A DNA stretch of 64,000 nt from Candidatus Thorarchaeota archaeon (GTDB lineage Archaea > Asgardarchaeota > Thorarchaeia > Thorarchaeales > Thorarchaeaceae): positions 41,216 to 105,215 of the forward strand of contig JAGSHN010000019.1 of assembly GCA_029855935.1 (NCBI GenBank), given 5' to 3'. Shown in pieces: positions 58,848 through 64,000 of this stretch; positions within the stretch are counted from its first letter, which is position 1; each line of letters opens with the position of its first letter. The notes below the pieces were generated by a model. That model was given only the letters and a program-made list of their open reading frames with translations. It was not told where the DNA came from and ran no database searches. Made by a program: the position numbers and the translations under genes.

Positions 58848-59426
58848 ATGCGCAGGGATGATCTTCTCACCGAGCCAGTGCGGCTTGAACATTGGAATGC
58901 ATCTGTCGACGAGGTCGCCCACCAGCTCTCGTCTTTCGTGCTTGAGTTCGAGTCTTTTACGCCTGAATCTTTCTCGGAGATAAAGTTCCATTTGCTCAAG
59001 GGTCCCGGCCTGACAAGGGAGGCGCGACGAGAGTTCTGCAGAGTGGCCATCGCTCACAGTCACTGTCCATCCTGCGAGGACCTGTATGTGGCAAAGAGGT
59101 GCCCTCTGTGGTACCGTCTATACCGGACGGTGCGCTGGCACAGCCTGCAGCGAGCACCGCCCTGCATCCGCATTGCGTACGTACGCCGGAACATCAAGAC
59201 GGTGGTGGACTACCTTGCGTTGGCAGGACTACTCTCTCCACCATTCTACAGACCGCCTCACGGTCTGTCCTGCCGGATGATGCAGAGTTGGGACCTCTGC
59301 AGACCCAACACGTATTGTACTGCCAAGCGGACTGACAACGTACTCGAATACACCTCTGCTCGCGAGAGGGTCAAGTTGTCTCGCCCTCTTCACTCAGATC
59401 TCGACATCGATGAAGAGGAAGATTGA
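58848..59426 (+). CDS. Cys-rich protein resembling the primase large-subunit C-terminal Fe-S domain
   Basis: PPCI, YRPP..LSCRMM...LCRP...C, plus CPSC...CP. Confidence 0.55.
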   Translation: MRRDDLLTEPVRLEHWNASVDEVAHQLSSFVLEFESFTPESFSEIKFHLLKGPGLTREARREFCRVAIAHSHCPSCEDLYVAKRCPLWYRLYRTVRWHSLQRAPPCIRIAYVRRNIKTVVDYLALAGLLSPPFYRPPHGLSCRMMQSWDLCRPNTYCTAKRTDNVLEYTSARERVKLSRPLHSDLDIDEEED

Positions 59427-59485
59427 ACAAAGGCCACGTATGACCCCTATCGTCTGATGCAATCGCTTGGCATAGGTGGACAAAG

Positions 59486-60997
59486 ATGTCTGATGAGCGG
59501 CCCGGCCGAGAAGGCCCGACTGGGGCTCTACAGGATGAGATTGACACCGACCTGATTCGGATGATCAGACGGACTGGGCTCCGTGAGGATGTCCTCATCC
59601 GAGCACGTCAGTCCCAGAACACGGACTGGCTGTCCATCGAACGCATCCTCAGGGAGCACGAGCAGATGGAGTCTCTTGCTCAGCGTTACTCTCGCCCGAA
59701 GGCGATCCAAGACCCCGTCCACGGGGCCATTCTCCTTGAACCGTGGGAGCTTGATGTGATCTCCACTTGGACGATGCAGAGACTGAGGTACGTGCGTCAG
59801 CTGGGCCCTGCGTACTTGGTCTACCCCGGAGCGAACCACACGCGCTTTGAACACAGCCTCGGCACAAACTATCTCGCTCAGAAGTGTCTGCGGGTTGTAA
59901 GCTATTGTGACAAGCTAGGCGCTGAATCATTTCATCCCCTCAACAGGCTCCTCGACGATGATCAACAGATGTTGTTCCGGGCGGTTGCACTCCTGCACGA
60001 TGTGGGTCATCCTCCGACATCTCACACAATTGAGCCGGCGCTGGGGTCTTGGGCTGGGCTGAGCCATATCGACCTGAGCGAGTATCTCATCCTCCACAGC
60101 GAGATAGCCGATGTTCTCAGCGAAAACGGGTTGTCGGCCATTGTCGTTGCGGATGTCCTCCGCCGACGCGTCTCGGACCCCATCCTCCGGCTCATCTCCG
60201 ACTTCATTGACTCGCCCCTTGACATTGACAAGACAGACTATCTCATCAGGGACGCACGCTTTAGTGGTGCCGAACTCGGACTGTTTCCTGCGGAACGGGT
60301 CCTGCTGACAAGCCGTGTGGTCAGGCTCGATGGCGCGTACGTGCGAGCGTTTATGATTAAGGCCCTACATTCACTGGAGGCTCTGATGCTGAGTCGCAAC
60401 TGGATGTTCAGCGACCTCTACTTCCATCACACGGTGCGGGTGGCCGAGTCGCTCATCGACAGGGCCACATACCTGAATCTGCGGGAGGAGGGGCTCTCAC
60501 GTAGCGAGTGTATCGGTCTGTTCACGAGAATGACTGACGAGGACCTCTATCGGTGGCTCGCCTCCTCGGATATGGCGATAGTTCGGGAGTATGTGAACAG
60601 AATTCGTCACAGAAGGTTATTCAAGGTGGTCGTCACACGCCGTCTGGAGTCCCTCTCTGACGCCACGAGAGATCGTCTCCTAACTGCAGCGAGGGATGTT
60701 GAGAGGCTGATGGAGATTGAGAAGGAGCTGCTTGACAGTTCTGGCGGCGTGATTGTGGACGTAGTAACTCCCGAGGTGGGTGCTGAGAAGATCTCGCAGA
60801 TTCCGCTCATCGTGCCCGACGCGGTTGGTAGAGCACGAGTCGTCAGGATGACAGAGATTGAGGCGGGTCGTCCTCTTGTATCAATACTCGAACAACAGCG
60901 CAGGACAATGCCCACCGTGAGGCTCTATGCAGACGCCACGAACGCGGAGACGGTCGTACGCAGGTTCAACAAGGAGTTTCCATCCGCCACGGGCTGA
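59486..60997 (+). CDS. HD-domain dNTP triphosphohydrolase family (SAMHD1/YdhJ-like)
   Basis: IQDPVHG, QRLRYVRQLG, VYPGANHTRFEHSLG, LLHDVGHPPTSH, DIDKTDYLIRD, YFHHTVR. Confidence 0.92.
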   Translation: MSDERPGREGPTGALQDEIDTDLIRMIRRTGLREDVLIRARQSQNTDWLSIERILREHEQMESLAQRYSRPKAIQDPVHGAILLEPWELDVISTWTMQRLRYVRQLGPAYLVYPGANHTRFEHSLGTNYLAQKCLRVVSYCDKLGAESFHPLNRLLDDDQQMLFRAVALLHDVGHPPTSHTIEPALGSWAGLSHIDLSEYLILHSEIADVLSENGLSAIVVADVLRRRVSDPILRLISDFIDSPLDIDKTDYLIRDARFSGAELGLFPAERVLLTSRVVRLDGAYVRAFMIKALHSLEALMLSRNWMFSDLYFHHTVRVAESLIDRATYLNLREEGLSRSECIGLFTRMTDEDLYRWLASSDMAIVREYVNRIRHRRLFKVVVTRRLESLSDATRDRLLTAARDVERLMEIEKELLDSSGGVIVDVVTPEVGAEKISQIPLIVPDAVGRARVVRMTEIEAGRPLVSILEQQRRTMPTVRLYADATNAETVVRRFNKEFPSATG

Positions 60998-61025
60998 TCT
61001 CTGTTCGGTGTCTCTGTGACCCAGT

Positions 61026-61715
61026 CTATCGCTCAACCAGCGGGTCGATGATACCTATTACCGCATCGAGTCCGTGCATCAGGTAGACAATCCCATAGAT
61101 TGCCTCCACGAGGGTGCCCTTGTCGTGCTCCATCTCCGACTTGCTCTCGGCTGGCGGGTCAAAGTGAATCCGATACTCGTACAGGCGCCATTCATCGCAC
61201 AGTGCGGCGAGATGCTCGTTACTTACAGAACGTGCCCGTGCTTGGGTCAGGTCCCCCACATCCAGCATCTCAGGAGTCCATAGCCTATGAAGCACCGCCA
61301 GAGAGATTGCCGCATCCCCGACCAGCGCCAAGACCTTGGCCATCTCGCTTGTAGAGGCGAGTCGTCTGAGCATATCGCAGTCAACGCTGGCGCCGGGCTC
61401 TATGCCTCTGCAGAAGTGACTCTCCAGCTCTAGAAACAGGTTCTTTGTGCTAGGCTGGAACAGTGAGACGATGAGCATCTCCTCCCTGTGTATCTCGACC
61501 CCCAGACGTGATTTGAGATGTGGAATGAGCTCGGTCTTGGCCCTCTCAATCCTGAAGAGTATGGACCCTATCTGGTCGAGCCAGCGTTCAAACTTCTGGA
61601 TTGTCCTGGTGTTCTCAGACGGCACTGCCTCCATCTCATTCTCCAGGAACCGACCTATCTGCAGCAGTGCTCTGTGAATACCGATGTCCCTCCAGGGCAG
61701 AATCATCCGTTTCAC
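61026..61715 (-). CDS. RNase III-family nuclease (Mini-III-like, no dsRBD)
   Basis: LALVGDAAI, VSNEHLA, GTLVEAIYGIVYL; GTGA overlap with the upstream gene. Confidence 0.8.
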   Translation of the reverse strand: MKRMILPWRDIGIHRALLQIGRFLENEMEAVPSENTRTIQKFERWLDQIGSILFRIERAKTELIPHLKSRLGVEIHREEMLIVSLFQPSTKNLFLELESHFCRGIEPGASVDCDMLRRLASTSEMAKVLALVGDAAISLAVLHRLWTPEMLDVGDLTQARARSVSNEHLAALCDEWRLYEYRIHFDPPAESKSEMEHDKGTLVEAIYGIVYLMHGLDAVIGIIDPLVER

Positions 61716-62506
61716 AATAGCCCCCTGCCTGGGATGTAGTGTGTGAGAGTGGTCTTCCTCGCCCTGTGCCTCCTGATGTATATGGCGGTCACAGCGTAGT
61801 CGTTGGCAAGAAGGCAGAAGGCGAGTCCTATTAGAGAGGGCGCCGTTGAGAGGTCGAAGATGACATTATGCCCGGGTAGCTCCTCCAGCAGAATCTTCTC
61901 TATGTGTGAGTATGTCGCCATAAGGTCGCCTTGGACCCCACCGTCTTGGTATCCCACCACCTCCTTGGGCAGCTCGTCCCAGATTCCCTCCCATCTCTTG
62001 GTGGTACCATCCGGCACATGTCGTGTCAAGTCCTTCGAAACACCTTTTGCAAACCTCGCTGCCTCGACAACGATCCTGAGCCGGTTGAAGTGTGCCTCCG
62101 CCTCCTGAGTGAACCAGTGCACAAGTGGTCGCACCTGCTCCGGATTCGAGACCGAGGATATGACGGTCGTGTTACGTGTCACATTGAGCACACGACGTAC
62201 AGCTGGTGCGGCCCGTGGCGCGATGCTGAATACCCTCTGCCTGGACTCGCGGTGGCTCACAATGATACCAAGTCTCTCCAAGTGTCTGGTGTTGAAGTAG
62301 AGCTTCGGGTCTGTCACCACCACCTTGTCCTCGTCGATGTCCGTCTTGCCAGCGCGGTGCATCCTTTCTATCATGTCACGACGGATCTTCTCACGGAGCT
62401 GGCTACCGGTCCTCGGCCCCTTCTCAAGCTCCTCCAGTATCACCCTGCGCGCACTGACGCTCTCTACCTCTCGTCTGATCACCTCGTCCGCAGTTTCCCA
62501 GAACAT
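61712..62506 (-). CDS. Winged-HTH regulator fused to a CARF-like Rossmann domain
   Basis: RRVILEELEKGPRTGSQL...LYFNTRHLERLGII wHTH; C-terminal GDLMATYSHI...NVIFDLSTAPSLIGLAFCLLA...AIYI CARF-like core; ATG 62506 after GAGGAG. Confidence 0.7.
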   Translation of the reverse strand: MFWETADEVIRREVESVSARRVILEELEKGPRTGSQLREKIRRDMIERMHRAGKTDIDEDKVVVTDPKLYFNTRHLERLGIIVSHRESRQRVFSIAPRAAPAVRRVLNVTRNTTVISSVSNPEQVRPLVHWFTQEAEAHFNRLRIVVEAARFAKGVSKDLTRHVPDGTTKRWEGIWDELPKEVVGYQDGGVQGDLMATYSHIEKILLEELPGHNVIFDLSTAPSLIGLAFCLLANDYAVTAIYIRRHRARKTTLTHYIPGRGLL

Positions 62507-62740
62507 ATCTCCTCGAACAAATATCAACAATATATGTGATATATGTATTGTCATGGCTGGGAACGTTCCCAATGTACGCCTGACACCCCGACAGGGTCTG
62601 TGTGTGACGATGATCCGTCCGTCATAGGTCCAGATCGGCAAACACTGCGGAGACGGTCGTCATGACGGCTCAAATTGATACTATATCACCTATGTATATC
62701 AAGTAGTTATTGTTCGGAAGGGGCCTCATCCCGACAAGGC

Positions 62741-62747
62741 TTAAATA
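62741..62747 (+). promoter_or_regulatory. Probable TATA box of the actin gene
   Basis: aaggcTTAAATA about 100 nt upstream of ATG 62843. Confidence 0.5.
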
Positions 62748-62842
62748 CACGCGTCCGCAAGGTATTAGCAGAGTTCTGTGAAGCTGTGGGCGAAGAACTT
62801 GGATTCTTATCCAGAAAAAACTGAAGAGAGGACCGAATCAAA

Positions 62843-63982
62843 ATGGCTGAAGACGAGTTTCTGGGCGCCAAGCCGATTGTCATAGACAATGGCACTGGCT
62901 TGAGCAAGAACGGGTACGCGGGTGAGGACCAGCCACGGAGCGTCTGGCCGACGCTGATCGGCTATCCACGGTATGAGAGCATCATGACCGATGTTGACCA
63001 CTACACACGTGACTACTACATCGGTGAAGAGGCTATCAACCTGCGTGGTGTGCTGAAACTGGTCTACCCCATCACGCACGGTGTCATCGAGGACTGGGAT
63101 GCCATCGAGAAGATCTGGAGCTACACCTTCTACAACGACCTGAAGGTGGACCCCAGTGAGAATCCCGTCCTGCTGACCGAGGCCCCGTTCAATCCTCGTG
63201 AGAACAGGGAGCGGATGGCCTCCGTGATGTTCGAGAACTTCGGTGTGCCGGCGGTCTACGTGGCAACACAGGCCATCCTGTCACTCTACGCTTCTGGTAG
63301 AACGACGGGCCTCGTGGTTGACTCCGGTGATGGTGTCACCCACATCGTGCCCATCTACGAGGGCTTCTCGATCACACACGCTATTCGGAGGATTGACCTC
63401 GCAGGTCGTGACATCACCGAGTACCTGCGCAGGCTTCTCAGACAGAGAGGCTACTCCTTCGTCAGCGGCGCGGAGAAGGAGATAGTCCGTGACATCAAGG
63501 AGAAGCTGTGCTACGTCGCTCGCGATCCTGAGCAGGAGCGTATGGTGGCCGACTCGGCTGGTGTCGACAAGCAGTACATGCTGCCTGACGGCGAGACGAT
63601 AACAATCGGTGCTGAGCGTTTCCTCGCTCCCGAGCTGTTCTTCAATCCGAGCGCCATAGGCCTTGACACAATGCCCCTTGACGAGCACATCGTCGAGGCA
63701 ATCAAGGCATGCGATGTCGACCTGCGACGTGACCTCTATGCCAACATTGTGCTCTCGGGCGGCTCCACGATGTTCGAGGGGCTGAAGGACAGACTCCTGA
63801 AGGAGATATCCGAACTCGTACCCGAGAATGTCGAGGTCAGGATCATCGCACCTCCGGAGCGTCAGTACTCCGTCTGGATTGGCGGAAGCATCCTTGCATC
63901 ACTGAAGACCTTCCAGAAGATGTGGGTCTCACGCAAGGAGTTCGAAGAGGCCGGTCCAGAGGTCATCCACCGCTGTATCTAA
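62843..63982 (+). CDS. Asgard actin (Lokiactin-type)
   Basis: [88 protein letters not shown]; 379 aa. Confidence 0.97.
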   Translation: MAEDEFLGAKPIVIDNGTGLSKNGYAGEDQPRSVWPTLIGYPRYESIMTDVDHYTRDYYIGEEAINLRGVLKLVYPITHGVIEDWDAIEKIWSYTFYNDLKVDPSENPVLLTEAPFNPRENRERMASVMFENFGVPAVYVATQAILSLYASGRTTGLVVDSGDGVTHIVPIYEGFSITHAIRRIDLAGRDITEYLRRLLRQRGYSFVSGAEKEIVRDIKEKLCYVARDPEQERMVADSAGVDKQYMLPDGETITIGAERFLAPELFFNPSAIGLDTMPLDEHIVEAIKACDVDLRRDLYANIVLSGGSTMFEGLKDRLLKEISELVPENVEVRIIAPPERQYSVWIGGSILASLKTFQKMWVSRKEFEEAGPEVIHRCI

Positions 63983-64000
63983 GCGCTCGCTAGTTCATAA

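Noticed and set aside
1-64000. rRNA, tRNA, transposases, integrases, CRISPR arrays
   Set aside because: None recognised by eye; a tRNAscan-SE/Infernal run would be needed to exclude intron-containing tRNAs and small RNAs

Overview
Gene-dense, GC-rich archaeal chromosome segment, most likely an Asgard archaeon of Thorarchaeia type. This rests on a full-length eukaryote-like actin, the archaeal exosome/proteasome superoperon, TATA-type promoters and many TTG/GTG starts. Left to right: (1) SDR/MarR pair, secreted subtilisin, wHTH/Lrp regulators and ahcY; (2) a ~24 kb energy-metabolism region with a NuoA-B-C-D-H-I-type group 4 [NiFe]-hydrogenase lacking antiporter subunits, a four-subunit 2-oxoacid:ferredoxin oxidoreductase, three hdrCB pairs and two tandem-duplicated HdrA proteins (one fused to MvhD); (3) a NikR-like regulated metal ABC importer; (4) psmA-SBDS-rrp4-rrp41-rrp42-rpl37ae-Brix-pcc1-pfdB-DHH-ECF; (5) hutU/hutH/hutI with nfi; (6) tRNA-modification and lipid genes and a frameshifted esterase remnant; (7) a poorly characterised block next to actin. 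That block holds a cytoplasmic FG-GAP beta-propeller, a stand-alone PriL-CTD-like Cys protein, an HD dNTPase and a translationally coupled wHTH-CARF-like regulator plus Mini-III-type RNase III. The operon is divergent from actin, and a repeated AT-rich motif lies between them. This is the best candidate for an undescribed system. No rRNA, tRNA, CRISPR array or IS element was recognised. All calls come from motif recognition by eye; no searches were run.
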